A stretch of 64,000 nucleotides of DNA, taken from the NCBI GenBank assembly GCA_964016885.1, contig CAXHJY010001656.1:33379-97378 (forward strand), read 5' to 3'. This document shows positions 1 through 12,288 of this stretch, one piece after another. Below the pieces are notes generated by a model that searched no databases, was not told the origin of the DNA, and saw nothing but the letters and a program-made list of their open reading frames with translations. The stretch is from Eledone cirrhosa (taxonomy: Eukaryota). Every line of letters begins with the position of its first letter. Within the stretch, counting starts at the first letter, position 1. Position numbers and translations under genes: made by a program.

Positions 1-4
1 TAGT

Positions 5-90
5 AGTAGAGCACTCAATCCAAGAGACGACTTTGGTAGAAGTAGTTCCACAATAGTTAGTTCACCTTATTCGGATCCTCAGCTCGGTCT
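5..90 (-). mobile_element. Penelope-like terminal repeat fragment with an internally deleted hammerhead motif (same family as 23838-24133)
   Basis: Shares agagcactca..gacgactttggtagaagtagttccacaa..ttcacctta.tcggatc.tcagctcggt with 23838-24133. The minus strand reads ccgagCTGAGGAtccgaataaggtGAA and is then deleted. Confidence 0.55.
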
Positions 91-403
91 AAATCGGATT
101 TTTTTCTGTGAACGAAACTTCGTAATAAGGAATTTATAAGGCAACAGTTTAACACCGAAAAAAAAAACACAAAAAAACCCATACATACTCTCGCGGCTTG
201 TTCAGTCCCAAACTCGGAATCTCTCGATTAAATGTGAACCTCCTTACCCGGATCTATCGAGTCGGTTTATTAGTACGCAACAAATAAAACAATCAGTTGG
301 TTACGCTTGATTTGCGTACTGGCGTGTTTGCGGCTACTACATTGTACCACTCGTGTAGTAGTTTCTTAATTTCTTAACGAACGATATTTTTTTAATTAAT
401 TCA

Positions 404-783
404 GTAAATATTATAAAAAGAGTAGAAAGAGAAGAAAAGAAAAGTGTTATTGCCAAATCATTAGAACTTTCATTGTCAATTTCAAAATCTATAATGAATC
501 AATCTAACAAAATAAAAGTTGCTAAGCAAAATTCAAATGAGCGTAACGTTTCTTCTAAGCTAACATGAACACGCTGGAAATGCTGGTAAATATGGACAAA
601 ACGTTAAGTGATTTGCTTGATGATACGTCACAACATTACGCACCAATCTCCCAAGCCATTATCCAGCAAAAAGCGTAAAATTTATTCAATCAGTTGAAAG
701 CAGAAGAAAAAGACGACGAGCAAGTTACTCAAACATTTCTGGCTTCTTGTGAATATTTTGAAAGACTCCAAGAAATGACCTAG
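404..783 (+). pseudogene. Degenerate pogo/Tigger (CENP-B-like HTH) transposase N-terminus
   Basis: Manual translation gives NIIKRVEREEKKSVIAKSLELSLSISKSIMNQSNKIK..., then after a frameshift MDKTLSDLLDD...PISQAIIQQKA*NLFNQLKA...FLASCEYFERL. This matches Tigger motifs (IIKRxExGE..IA..L; PLSQALIQEKAKSLF; FxASxGWFxRF). Stops and a frameshift are present. Confidence 0.8.
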
Positions 784-898
784 CAGACAAAGTATTTCGA
801 TAACAGAGGGACAAACAAATGTTGACACATAGACTTCCAGGCTGCATCGGAATGTCCAGCACAATTGATAGGTATAATATGAAAAGGACTGTCTACCA

Positions 899-1018
899 TG
901 TTGGTAGAACGTCAGATAGAATACTTTACAGTATTCGTTCTAAGTTCAAGTCTCACCAAGATCGACTCTGCCTGTCATCATTTCAAGTTGATGAATAAAG
1001 TACCAGTCAAGAACTGTG
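899..1018 (+). mobile_element. Old partial tRNA-derived SINE, family A
   Basis: Degenerate gttcaag..gactctgcctgtcatc..aataaagtaccagt, matching the family-A body. Confidence 0.7.
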
Positions 1019-1215
1019 GCCTATCGCTCCCTCCCTTCGTCCCCTTCTCTCTCCCACTCCCTATCTTCGAGAGGGATGAGCTCTACTAGGTGTAATATGT
1101 CACAACAGTGCCACTACAGTCCACCAGGAGTTCAGAAGAATGAGTATGAACCAAATGTAAATTTTAATACAGACGAATGAAGGCTATTTTAGAAGCGTTT
1201 AGACTCGTCGGAGAA

Positions 1216-1259
<44 letters not shown>

Positions 1260-1580
1260 ATTTTTATAGTTCTGGTATCTCGAATTAGTACCATAGAACA
1301 ACAATTATATTGTAGACACCCTATATATCTCAGTGTGTACTTAGTGGTCAATGAGATATTTACCTCATTTTTATATATTCTCCAATCTATGTAGAGAAAA
1401 AATTCGTTGTTGCTTACTGCTATTTTTTTAGCAGCCAAGCCATCAACAAGTCTATAATATTCCCGCATGCTCTAGTGGCCGGGTCACGTACGGGTCACTT
1501 TAACGGCTATAACCCATACGTGCTGGTAGTTAGCATTATATTTGCTGACCGTGGGACAAATGTCCTATAGAATGGAAATA

Positions 1581-1659
1581 GCTATCTGAAGAAATCTACT
1601 TTCCGTTGGAAATTCTCCGAATTTCCAATCTTTTGTGGATGGAAACCGCCGGTAATAGC
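1581..1659 (+). ncRNA. Type I hammerhead ribozyme motif (Penelope-type)
   Basis: Stem I gctat/atagc. Core CTGAAGA at 1586-92. Stem II atctac/gtggat extended by ttggaaattc/gaatttccaa. GAAAC at 1642-46, short stem III, cleavage triplet GTA at 1652-54. The first stem II pair is a non-canonical A.G. Confidence 0.75.
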
Positions 1660-1733
1660 ATTATGAACAGGTAGATATTTAAATTATTTTTTAATTTATT
1701 TAAAGGATTGTTTAATGTTTGTTCTGCTCATCA

Positions 1734-1738
<5 letters not shown>

Positions 1739-1808
<70 letters not shown>

Positions 1809-1812
1809 CATA
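1739..1812. repeat. (TA)n microsatellite, representative of many
   Basis: Direct reading. Similar tracts lie near 1219, 2091, 3128, 3236, 3747, 5673, 6245, 6765, 7240, 12075, 19860, 30065, 38293, 59572 and 63601. Confidence 0.98.
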
Positions 1813-1877
1813 CATGAGTGTGAAATGTAACTGAAAAATAATAAGCCCTAAATATATAAATATAGAGTTACTTTATA

Positions 1878-2088
1878 TTAAAATACATGGCAACTAAGAA
1901 TATGTTTTTGTAGGTACCCACTTTTATTATGGTATCTGATTAATCGTAGCAGATTATTGTCACATGCACCATCAAACTTCAGCCTTCACAAAGGTTGAAG
2001 TTTGATAGTGCATGGGAGATTAAATTGGATACCATCATGATGCTCTGAGTATCTACAATAACATATGGTTAGTTATCATGTATTTTAA
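1878..2088. mobile_element. ~210-bp fold-back (MITE-like) element between TA tracts
   Basis: Outer arms ttaaaatacatg..aactaa/ttagtt..catgtattttaa. Inner stem catgcaccatcaaacttcagcctt/aaggttgaagtttgatagtgcatg with a 4-nt loop. Confidence 0.7.
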
Positions 2089-2089
2089 G

Positions 2090-2132
<43 letters not shown>

Positions 2133-2829
2133 AGAAGATATATATATATATATATATATATACATACATTGTAGAAGAGCTATTTTAGTCATTTAATAAC
2201 ACACAAAACTGTATTATGTTTACCTTTCTTTTGATTCTTGAGCTGTGAAAATGTTTTGTCGCACGTCTGTGACTTGATCACTGACACAATTCCACTGTAC
2301 CTCTCGCTCTCATTATACATGTTTGTGTATTTGTGAGTGTGTGTAAATCTCTTTTCTTATCATTGCTATCACAATATATCACAACCCTTCTTCTCCTCCT
2401 CCTCCTCCTCATCATCATCACCATCACCACCACCACCACTACCACTTTTTTTCTTTTAAACTTCTCTACTGCTGTTTTCTTTTGATGTGAAGTTTCATTT
2501 CCTTGTTTTTGTTTGTTGTTTCATTTCTAAAGTTACTTTATTTCCCAAATGTTGTTACTTATCATTACAGCATCGCTCCCCTACTGCTAGCCTTCATCAC
2601 TTCTTTACTCATGTTAGTCTCTCTCTTTCCTAACATCCCTTTCTCTCCTCTAGTTATCTATTATTTTATCTCCTCCCTCTCAGCTTCCTTGTGTGTGTGC
2701 GCGCGTGCGTGTGTGTAAGAAACAAGCGTACAAGACAGAAACAATGGAAAAAACGAAGAGTCCCTTCTCTTCAGTCAATTTGTGGATATCTTTATAGTTT
2801 CGGTGGATTGATGTAAATATCTATATGAG

Positions 2830-2975
2830 GGGGCGAATTAGCAGAGTCGTTAGAACATTGGATAGAATGCTTTGAGGTATTCGTTTCGTCTCTCTAGTTC
2901 AAATCGCGCCCAGCCCAATTTTATCTTTCATCCTTTCGATGTCAATAAAAAAGTATTAGTCTAGTACTGGGTCGA
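2830..2975 (+). mobile_element. tRNA-derived SINE, family A (diverged)
   Basis: ggcgaattagcagagtcgttag A-box head, gttcaaatc B box, ctttcatcctttcg body. Confidence 0.75.
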
Positions 2976-3125
2976 TTCTTCCTCTATATCTCTCTCTCTC
3001 ACTTTCTATCCTCTGGAAGAAATCTGGGAAGAGATGGATTCCTACAGGCTTAAACTGCCCTAGAAACACCATATGTCAATACGGTGCTCCAACGACACCA
3101 TCGGGAGTTACGGGACCATACCATT

Positions 3126-3172
<47 letters not shown>

Positions 3173-3234
3173 GAGAGAGAGAAAGTGTGTGAGAAAGATA
3201 AGGAAGAGAGTGAGTGATAGGAAATGAAGGAGAG

Positions 3235-3285
<51 letters not shown>

Positions 3286-3289
<4 letters not shown>

Positions 3290-3393
3290 AACGAGTAGGA
3301 CCCCGACTCGTTCCTATTACCCACTCTACTACCCTAAGTATTGAGTACTTTCGTGCGTTATGGTCCACCTGGTTCCTTACCACATTTCCTTCG

Positions 3394-3394
<1 letters not shown>
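3286..3394 (+). mobile_element. TA-embedded hairpin-plus-tail element, short-stem copy
   Basis: taggaacgagt/actcgttccta stem followed by the family tail ttacccactctactaccctaagtattgagtact..gtgcgttatggtccacctggttccttaccac. (TA)n on both sides. Confidence 0.8.
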
Positions 3395-3433
<39 letters not shown>

Positions 3434-3743
3434 CAATAGAAGGCTGGACAGTAAATATCCATTTAAAGTTTTAATGTTACAAAAACCACTATACATATTT
3501 CAATGGCCTAGTTACATCATCCGATCATGACATAAGACCTCGGCGACATCATCAGATTCGGATTGCATAATTAGTTAGTCAATAAAAGGAAATATGGCAA
3601 ACACAAAAAGAGAATGGAGAATATAGTTGATTCGGAGATGGCCATGAAATGCCCAGCATCATTAATGCTGATAGGCAATATCCGGGATTCTTTCGGGTCT
3701 TATTGTAACACATGTTCATATATTACTTGTATGTATGAGCGCC

Positions 3744-3843
<100 letters not shown>

Positions 3844-4182
3844 GTTAAGTATTTCTGTGGAAAAGGTAAAATATATATGTGCGTGCATGTGTATATGAAT
3901 GTGTCTGTGTATAAATCTGTGTATGTGTGTGTGTATAAGTGTGTGTATGTGTGTGCATACACATACAGACATATAAAGACTCCGAAACCTTTGTGATCTC
4001 TAGTCGACAGCTGATGAAGCGAATGTCCCGCAGTGCAAGCTGTAAAATAATACGTCAGTATGTCTCTCTCTCTGTCTCTTTCTCCTTCTCTCTCGCTCTT
4101 TCTCCTTCTCTCTCTCTCTTTCTCCTTCTCTCTCGCTCTTTCTACTTCTCTCTCTCTCTCTCCCCTCCATCTCTCACTCTCA

Positions 4183-4225
<43 letters not shown>

Positions 4226-4971
4226 CACACACATACATACATACATACATGTTTGTGTGTGCATACTTTAGACTTGTCCTAATTCTGTTCTAGTTCACTC
4301 ACCCACATTAAGCCCCACCCACAAACTATAGCCCGCCTGTCATGACGTCTACGTCTTTCTTTTCTATCTACATTACATTACATTTAGTTGTCCGTCTTCT
4401 TTTGGGACCTTTCTGACCTCATACCACACACACACACAATACTCTGAATAGACACAAACATGCATGCCTTAGTACATGACCACTCACCCAACAAAAACAT
4501 CTGTGTGAATATGTATGTATGTGTATATATTTGTGTGTATATATATGTGTGTTCTGGCTTCGTATTTTATAACTTCTCATCAATAGTGAAAATACATATG
4601 TATGTCTGTGTATATGTCTGTGTGCAGATATAGAATGTATTACATGTATAGACCTATATGTTTTCAGTTATATGTGTACACGTGCATATGTTTCTGTGTC
4701 TATACATGTGTATATTCAGTTATTATATGCTAAATTTCTGAAATGTTTTACATATTTTTACATTAATGGACTGTACTTGCAACTTCCTCACTAGCCGTGC
4801 CCTTTCTGGTTCTGTGAAGCCCAGCTTTTTAAGATTTGTACTGACCCATAAGCTCCAATAATCACAGGTACAAATTTAAAGGTATAGGCAGGGTAGAGGA
4901 TCTAAAGATCCCTCTTTAGTTCAGCATAAATGTTCTCCTTTTCACTAATCTTTAGCATTATAGACATCCGA

Positions 4972-5100
4972 TAAGGTGGCAAATTGGCTGAGTCGTTAGA
5001 ACGTCAGATAGAATGGTTTGCAGTATTCGTTCCGGCTTTCTACTCTCTCAGTTCAAATCCCACTGAGGTTAACTTTGCCTTTGATCCATTCGGTGTCGAT
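4972..5100 (+). mobile_element. SINE family A, 3'-truncated
   Basis: ggtggcaaattggctgagtcgttag...gttcaaatcccactgaggttaactttgcctttgatcc. Confidence 0.8.
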
Positions 5101-5667
5101 TCTTCTTTTTTTCACTTCCATTCTTCTCTCACTCTCTGGAAGATATCTGTTGCAGACAACAAGGTCGCAACAATTGCGAAAGCTTCTATGCTTTTAGCAT
5201 TTTATTGATCTAATTCCATACTATATACATATATAAAAAATTGAAAAAGTGTCTTGCGTAACTAAGATCATATAAAATCAATAATAAAAGGGTGAACGAA
5301 GTCAACGGAAAAATGGACGAAAGACCGTGGTTTCGGCTTCGTACAATTGATATCACAAGCTCCAGTGCATATGGGACAGTTTTTTCGACTATTTCCACTA
5401 TAGGTATATAAGTGATTATAATGGAGTATTCCACTATTACTTTTGTTAAGTTGAGAGAAGCTCAATGAACACAAAAAGTCCTCTTCGCGTAAGGAATTCG
5501 AAAAGGGCAAAATATGCTTCGAAAGTTAAAATTCCTGTTGTTGAGGACAGTACTGGTAGCAAAGCATTAATACGTAAAATGAAGAAAAACCAAAGTTAAC
5601 AACTTAAATTCATTTTTTAATTTCTACGTACGTTCCTATACAGGTGATAATGGTACATGCACATGCA

Positions 5668-5734
<67 letters not shown>

Positions 5735-5837
5735 AAATTAATTTAAGTAAATTAAATTAAGGGAGTCATGTCCGAGACATGCGCCATATCCACCGTAGAA
5801 TAAGCTCAAAGATTCCAATGAATAGATCCGAGCATTT

Positions 5838-6044
5838 TATATCAACTAGAAATTGATTGACATATATATATATTTAAAATAAACACATGAAACAATCACA
5901 GAGGATAATTTGTAAAGTGTGTAATCACACATAGCTAGGTAGGTAACTAATTGAAGTTTAACTAGAGCCTCAAATATCCACTGTGATTGTTTCATGTGTT
6001 TATTTTAAATATATATACATGTCAATTAATTTCTAGTTGATATA
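5838..6044. repeat. ~70-bp inverted repeat pair
   Basis: atatcaactagaaatt..aaacacatgaaacaatcacag (5838-5912) versus ctgtgattgtttcatgtgttt..aatttctagttgatat (5971-6044). Confidence 0.85.
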
Positions 6045-6047
6045 TAT

Positions 6048-6242
6048 GAAAAGAGTCAGGACCCCGACGGCTGAACTCTGACCGTTTCGACAGCTAGATC
6101 CGAACAGTTCAGATCTAGCTGTCGAAAAGGCCGGAGCTCAGCTGTCAGGGTCCTGACTCTTTTCCTATTACCCACTCTACTACCCTAAGTATCGAGTACT
6201 CTGGTGCGTTGTGGTCCACCTGGTTTCTTTCCACACTTTCTT

Positions 6243-6243
<1 letters not shown>
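6048..6243 (+). mobile_element. TA-embedded hairpin-plus-tail element, full copy
   Basis: ~117-bp imperfect palindrome (6048-6164) with a ccgtttcgacagctagatc/gatctagctgtcgaaa core, followed by the conserved tail. Confidence 0.85.
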
Positions 6244-6284
<41 letters not shown>

Positions 6285-6472
6285 CAAAAGTAAGTGTACA
6301 AACCAATCAAGGAGGAGAGATAGGAGATTGGTTGAGAATGATAAACCTGTAGTGAAGAGGACGGTGTGCTCAATGCGTATTAAGTGCAAGACAAGCACAC
6401 AGTGAAAGTAAGCAAGAGAATCATACATCATGCAAAAAGAGTATAGGCAGAGCGTTAATATAAAAATTATTG

Positions 6473-6540
6473 TTAGAGAATACAGTACCAAATTCTTGAA
6501 CATATATATTTATTTGAGAATTTGGTTCTGTATTCTCTAA
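6473..6540. repeat. Hairpin/inverted repeat
   Basis: ttagagaatacagtaccaaattctt / gagaatttggttctgtattctctaa. Confidence 0.8.
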
Positions 6541-6574
6541 TTCTCTAGCAATAATATATATATATGAGAGAGGG

Positions 6575-6745
6575 AATCTGTGGTGCTAAGATCGGGGAGA
6601 CCACTAATCATGGGAGTACTCAATGCATGGGAAGATGGAGAGTGGGTATAGAGATACGCAAAATCCCGTCCACAGCGCCAAGCGGTTTCGGCTTGTGTGA
6701 CATATAAACCGAAACCGCTTGGTGTCGCTGTCGGGATTTTACACC
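6575..6745 (-). mobile_element. Related hairpin-plus-tail element with a different stem sequence
   Basis: Hairpin at 6660-6740 (aaaatcccg..ccaagcggtttcgg/ccgaaaccgcttgg..cgggatttt). The reverse complement of 6614-6652 is tatacccactctcc..cattgagtactc, the same tail motifs. Confidence 0.65.
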
Positions 6746-6762
6746 CCCTCTCTCTCCCTCTT

Positions 6763-6815
<53 letters not shown>

Positions 6816-6819
<4 letters not shown>

Positions 6820-6960
6820 AGATTCAGGAGCGCGATAGCTGAGCTCCGGCCGTTTTGACAGCTAGATCCGAACTGTTTGAATCTAGCTGCTATCGTAACG
6901 GCCGGAGCTCAGCCGTCGAGGTGCTGAATCTTTTCATATTACCCCTAAGTATCGAATACT
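6816..6960 (+). mobile_element. TA-embedded hairpin-plus-tail element with truncated tail
   Basis: gaaaagattcag..ctgaatcttttc palindrome, then ttacccctaagtatcgaatact. Confidence 0.85.
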
Positions 6961-7022
6961 CATGAAAAAAATTTACCTCTTAATTTTGAATCTTTAATTT
7001 TTAGTTTTTAATTGTAATACTC

Positions 7023-7070
7023 AACATTTGATAAGATGAATTTTACTAATACATCGAAACCGGTAATACT
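7023..7070 (+). ncRNA. Degenerate minimal hammerhead motif
   Basis: TTGATAA (two mismatches to CTGATGA), stem II gatg/catc, GAAAC-cg-GTA. Stem I is poor. Confidence 0.4.
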
Positions 7071-7237
7071 TTATATACATTATATACATTATATACATTA
7101 TAAAACTCTTTTTTAAAAGAATTGTCCCTCTCATTTTTTTCAATAATGTCACTTTGACGAATCTCAAAGAAAGGGAAAAAAAGAAAAACAGACCCTAAAA
7201 TATATTTTCTATGTTATTTCCAACTTCACCTCTCTCT

Positions 7238-7319
<82 letters not shown>

Positions 7320-7992
7320 CTATCTCTTCTGTGTAATCATATTTCTTTCCCCTTTATACATGTCTCTCTTTCATTGGCTCTCAGCCATTCTCTCTGGTTC
7401 TCGTTTTTGATCACTAATATTAACACATATTCCAACATCTCTCCCCCCTTTTCTGGTAAACTTGAAAATCTGCCGCAGCTAAAACTATCTAGGGTGTTGT
7501 GTTGTTGGTTGTTGGTTGAATGACAAGCCCGTCCAAATGTTAAGGCTGTGTTGCTGAGATAGAAAAAGAGGATTCGGGTAGAGGTGGGGGTAATAAGACA
7601 GATATGTAAAGAGATGAGACTGTGAGAGGGGATGTGTAATAGGACAGACATACAGAGAGAGAGAGAGAGACGGATGGGAGGTGTGTAATAAGAGAGAGTC
7701 GAGGTATGTATTAGAAGTAGAGGTATAAAGGTAAAAAAAATCATTAGTATAAGATTAGGAAATCGAGAGAAAGATCGCGGTAAGAGCTGTACAGGGGGAT
7801 GGGGGGGGGGGGTAGATAGAAAGTGAGATGTGAGAGGTGTAGTAAGAGAGAAAATCAGTGAAAGTAATGAAATAAGGACGTGGAGGCAAACTAACCCCTT
7901 ACTTCTTTACCCCCCACCCCCTCACACCTACCATCAAATAGTGACAGATTAGCATCACTCGTGTAATTAAAGAAATTGCATATATATATACA

Positions 7993-8070
7993 CAGGGTGT
8001 CCCCCCAAAATGTATACACATTTCAACAGCATTGTAATCAAAGTGTGTATACATTTTTTGGGACACCCTG
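7993..8070. mobile_element. Tiny Tc1/mariner-type MITE (78 bp)
   Basis: TIRs cagggtgtccc..aaaatgtatacac / gtgtatacatttt..gggacaccctg, inside a TA/CA tract. Confidence 0.8.
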
Positions 8071-8689
8071 TGTGTATATATATATATATATATATATGCT
8101 CGTGTCTGTGTGTATGCATTTATCTATGTATAATGGTAAATAGTATCTATATTATATGCATGTATGTATATATATATATATGGAAAAAATGAAACGAAAT
8201 TTCATTTCTCATATATATATGTGTGCATGTATGTATATATATATATATATATATATATACTTACTATTGTACGTCTGTATACATATATGTATGTACGTAT
8301 ACATCCTTATATATATATATAGTTTCTCATTAACTTATTTGCAATATATTCACACACACACACACATATATATGTATGTGGTGTATGTGTGTGTGTGTAT
8401 GCATCTATTCCAAACATGGAATACATTAATGAGAAACATAAGATATATGCCCCAGCATGGCCGCAGTCTAAAGACCGAAACCAATACAATAAAATAAAAA
8501 CAACTAAAATTTATTTAAACAAACAAATTACTTTTTCTAGTTATAAAAGTCCAGAAAAGTTAACACACACACATACGTACACATACACATATGAAAGGAG
8601 GTTTGCTTTAATGTTGTCTGTATTTATCTGTTGCATGTGTCTCTCTTCAGCACGTGTATATAATATATATATGTATATGTGTGTGGATG

Positions 8690-8960
8690 TATAACTGCCT
8701 GCTGCTTATGTATGTGTGTGTGTATTCTACATGTGTTATCTGTATGTGTGTTTGCCTGTTGTTTACGTATATGTGTGTGGATGTATGTTTTATATGGCTA
8801 TTTGACTGCCTGCTGCTTACACATATGTGTGTACATGTATGTAGGACTGCCTGCTGCTTACATATATGTGTATATATGTATGTGTGACTGCCTGCTGCTT
8901 ACATATACGTGTACATGTATGTGTGACTGCCTGCTGCTTACATATATGTGTACATGAATA
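8690..8960. repeat. Degenerate ~40-bp minisatellite
   Basis: Recurring gactgcctgctgcttacatatatgtgtacatgtatgtgt. Confidence 0.8.
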
Positions 8961-9074
8961 CACAACTGACTATATGTGTGTGTATGAATCTCTTATGTGG
9001 ATGTGTGCTTAAGAGATTCATACACACACATATAGTCAGTTGTACATTTATGTGGATGTGTGCTTATCCCGTGG

Positions 9075-9297
9075 TGTGGAGTGACTGAGAATACAAGACC
9101 CCCTCCTCCCCGGACAGGATGCCAGTCCATCGCAGGGTTAAAACCCCAGCTGGTACTCATTTTCAGCTGACTATACTGGAGCAACGTGAAATGAAGTGTC
9201 TTGCTCAAGAACACAACACACAACCCTGTCCAGTAATTCAACTCACGACATTACAATGTAAGCCGGAACACATTAACCACTAAGCCACGCGCCTCCA
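9075..9297 (-). mobile_element. tRNA-derived SINE, family C (CORE-like plus V-like domain)
   Basis: Minus strand ggcgcgtggcttagtggttaa..gttcttgagcaagacacttc..aatgagtaccagctgg..ccctgcgatggactggcatcctgtcc. Related copies near 16160-16270(+), 43830-44080(-), 51320-51490(-) and 61255-61490(-). Confidence 0.8.
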
Positions 9298-10226
9298 CAA
9301 TGTCTTTTTTATATACATCCACATTTATAGTAGTAGCGATACCAAGGAAAAGTCCAGAAAGTTAAGATGAAAAGAAGAGTCTGCCTGGTGCTATCTGTTA
9401 TCTGTTGCATATGTCTTACAGAACTTTTCGAAACAAAAACAAAAGTAACTTTAAAATAAAAATAAACTAGAGAGAGAGAAAACTAACGATGAAAGATAAA
9501 AGAAAGAAGGCTTTGCTCTTATATCTAAGAAATAACATCAGAGAGAAAAAGAAGGGGAGAGGGTGAGAGGTAGATAGATAAGCAGATAGACTGATATATG
9601 GATGAATAGGAAAACGAATAGTTAGATAGATATATTTCTTTATTTAGATAGGTAGATAGATAGATAGGCAGATAGATATATTTCTATGCAGATAGGAAGG
9701 TAGACAGATATCTTTCTTTATTTATTTATATTTTTATTTAAAAAAATTTTTTTAATATTTTTTATTTATTTATTCTTTATTAGATAGATAGATAGATAGC
9801 CAAACAAGTAGATAGGTTTTGGCTGTGCAGACGGGAGAAACCAAACTTTTACATGTGGAATGATATGTTTTATTGTAAGTGTACATAGGCGGATGTGAGC
9901 CAAACAACTATCAGGTTTAGTCCCTGGTCATCTTCATCACACTAGCCCATGACTTCCAAAACTGATGATCCCATCTTTTTCTTTTGTTTCTTCAGATATA
10001 AGATTACATCATACAATGTGTCATTCCCTTTTCTTTTTAAAGAGAGTAGTGTACAATTTAAGAGATTTGACTGCTATTTCTAGCAAGTCGAGAACCCTTG
10101 TAACAAATTGGTTCGTCAGTCTTCGTTGTTGTTGTTAGCTCTAATTAGACTGATAAAAAAAAAAACCCATTAAAACCAAGGCTATCTCGTCTTATATTCG
10201 GTCGGGGATAGTATAATATGGGCTAC

Positions 10227-10410
10227 ATTGGCAGTATCGGTAGAGGGTCGGACGCCATACTTTGACGTATAGAGTTACGACCCTTGCCATTCTGAGTTCA
10301 AATCTCGACGAGGTTAACTTTGCCTTTCATCCTTACGGGGTCGATAAAATAAAGTACCAGTAATGCACTGAGTATTTGCTGGCCTTGTGCCAAACGTAGA
10401 AACAATTATT
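10227..10410 (+). mobile_element. SINE family A, near full length
   Basis: attggcagtatcggtagag..gagttcaaatc..gaggttaactttgcctttcatccttacggggtcgataaaataaagtaccag..ggccttgtgccaaacgtagaaacaattatt. The body resembles the Meta-type conserved SINE domain (recalled, not checked). Confidence 0.9.
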
Positions 10411-11987
10411 AATGTCTCCAGCATTATTTCTTGAGGTCAGCTTTGACTTTCATCCTTCCGGAGTCGATAAAATAAAGTAGCAGTAAAGAACTCGGGTCGA
10501 TATAATAGCCCCTCCCCCCACTCCACTCCTTAAAAAATGACTGGCTTTCTTGACGATAGTGTGTATAATTTGAAGGATATTTGGCTGCTATGTCGAGCGA
10601 CCACATAGGTTTCCTCGCGCTAGGTCGGCTGTAATCAAAACTATCAAAGCCATGACTATTCGGGTTACATTATCCAATGGGTTCTTTTTATAAAGACTTT
10701 TTGATGTTTGAGGGATATTTGGCTGTTATTTCTAGCATCCATGTAGAGGTTACCACGATGGTTGCTAAAGTTATATGTATTAGTGAAGTAGAGACGGATG
10801 GAGGCAAGGCAGATAGTCAAATGTTTATATATTCATCTTATCTTACCTACTACCTAACATACAAACTAGTGGTATATTTTGGTAGTCTCTAATTTATACA
10901 CAGCTCTTTATAGACACTCGTGTGTGTGTATACATATATATATGTGTGTGTATACATATATATATGTGTGTGTATATATATATGTGCGTATGTATATATA
11001 TATATATACACACACACACACATCTCTCTATAGGCACTCATATATATACATACATACATCCCAAATATATAATTTATACACCTATAAATATATCTATACA
11101 CATACCAGTCGGCCTAGAAATCTTTCTTCGTGTCCCCATCCTTCCCTTTGCCAGTCCCCACCCTCTCTATATCATCTCTATAAAGTAATATAAATTACAT
11201 CTACATCCACCCAACAATTCTCTCTCCCTATCTATGTCTGTCTAGCAATATTTATCTATCTATCTATATCTGTCTATCTCTATCTATCTGTCTATTTACT
11301 TATCTATTTGTCTATTTACCTACTTATCTCATCTATTTACAAATTCATCGCAAGCAATAACGCATCACTTCTACCACACACAAGAAGCAGGCAATCACGT
11401 ACAAGACACACACAAGAAGCAGGCAATCACACACACAGTCACAGGCAATCACACACACACATGCAACAGATAAATTCAGGCTTCCTTTCATCTTAAACTT
11501 TTCTAGAATGAAATAAAAATGAAAACTTTTTAACTCGAGAAAGTTTTTCAGTATTCATCGGAGAGTTTTGTTTTTAAATCCATATTTACAGAAAAGAAAT
11601 TAGACTTTCTTTGGTAGAATGGTATAGTAACTATAAACACTACACTACGCACGTGTACACTTACATATGCACACATACAAATACTCACACACACTTGCAA
11701 ATGCACACACACATATACACACTTGCGAATGCACATAGTCGCATTTACAAAAATATATGATATACATACATATATAGTACAAGCCGTTTATTATAAACGT
11801 GGGTAATGCCAGGAACCTGTTATCGATATCCAAATATACTTCGTCCCAAACAAACTCTTTATTTGCTTAATGTTATCCGCCGCTTATTATGATCATCCAA
11901 AAGTGATCATTATAAGCGACTTCCTGGGTTTATAAATGTACTTACATGCACTGACACATAAGCATCTTTATTTTATATAGAATTTAC

Positions 11988-12056
11988 TTCTACAGGACTA
12001 GAACAGTTTCATTCCTGATGTTTTCATACGAATGAAACAGCTCTAGTCCTGTAGAA
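11988..12056. repeat. Hairpin with GTTTC/GAAAC core next to a TA tract
   Basis: ttctacaggactagaacagtttcattc / gaatgaaacagctctagtcctgtagaa. Confidence 0.8.
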
Positions 12057-12070
12057 GACATATCTATATC

Positions 12071-12121
<51 letters not shown>

Positions 12122-12288
12122 AGAACAACAAGAGGTTGGCCTTATGCTACGTCGTTTCTGGTGCGGGTTTGTAAAGACAAATCTAAGAAAGAATGAACTC
12201 GTGGAAGCCATGCTAGATAGGGACAAGTAGAGAGGTATAACTATCAACGTTGTCCGAGGAAACTCGACATGATGATGATGATGGTGGT

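Noticed and set aside
682-864. 60-aa minus-strand ORF
   Set aside because: It is antisense to the degenerate Tigger transposase on the + strand.
3490-3570. Minus-strand CTGATGA...GAAAT hammerhead candidate
   Set aside because: Stem I does not pair and stem II is irregular.
4300-4355. CCCCACCC and TGACGTC promoter-like motifs
   Set aside because: Short motifs expected by chance, with no adjacent exon evidence.
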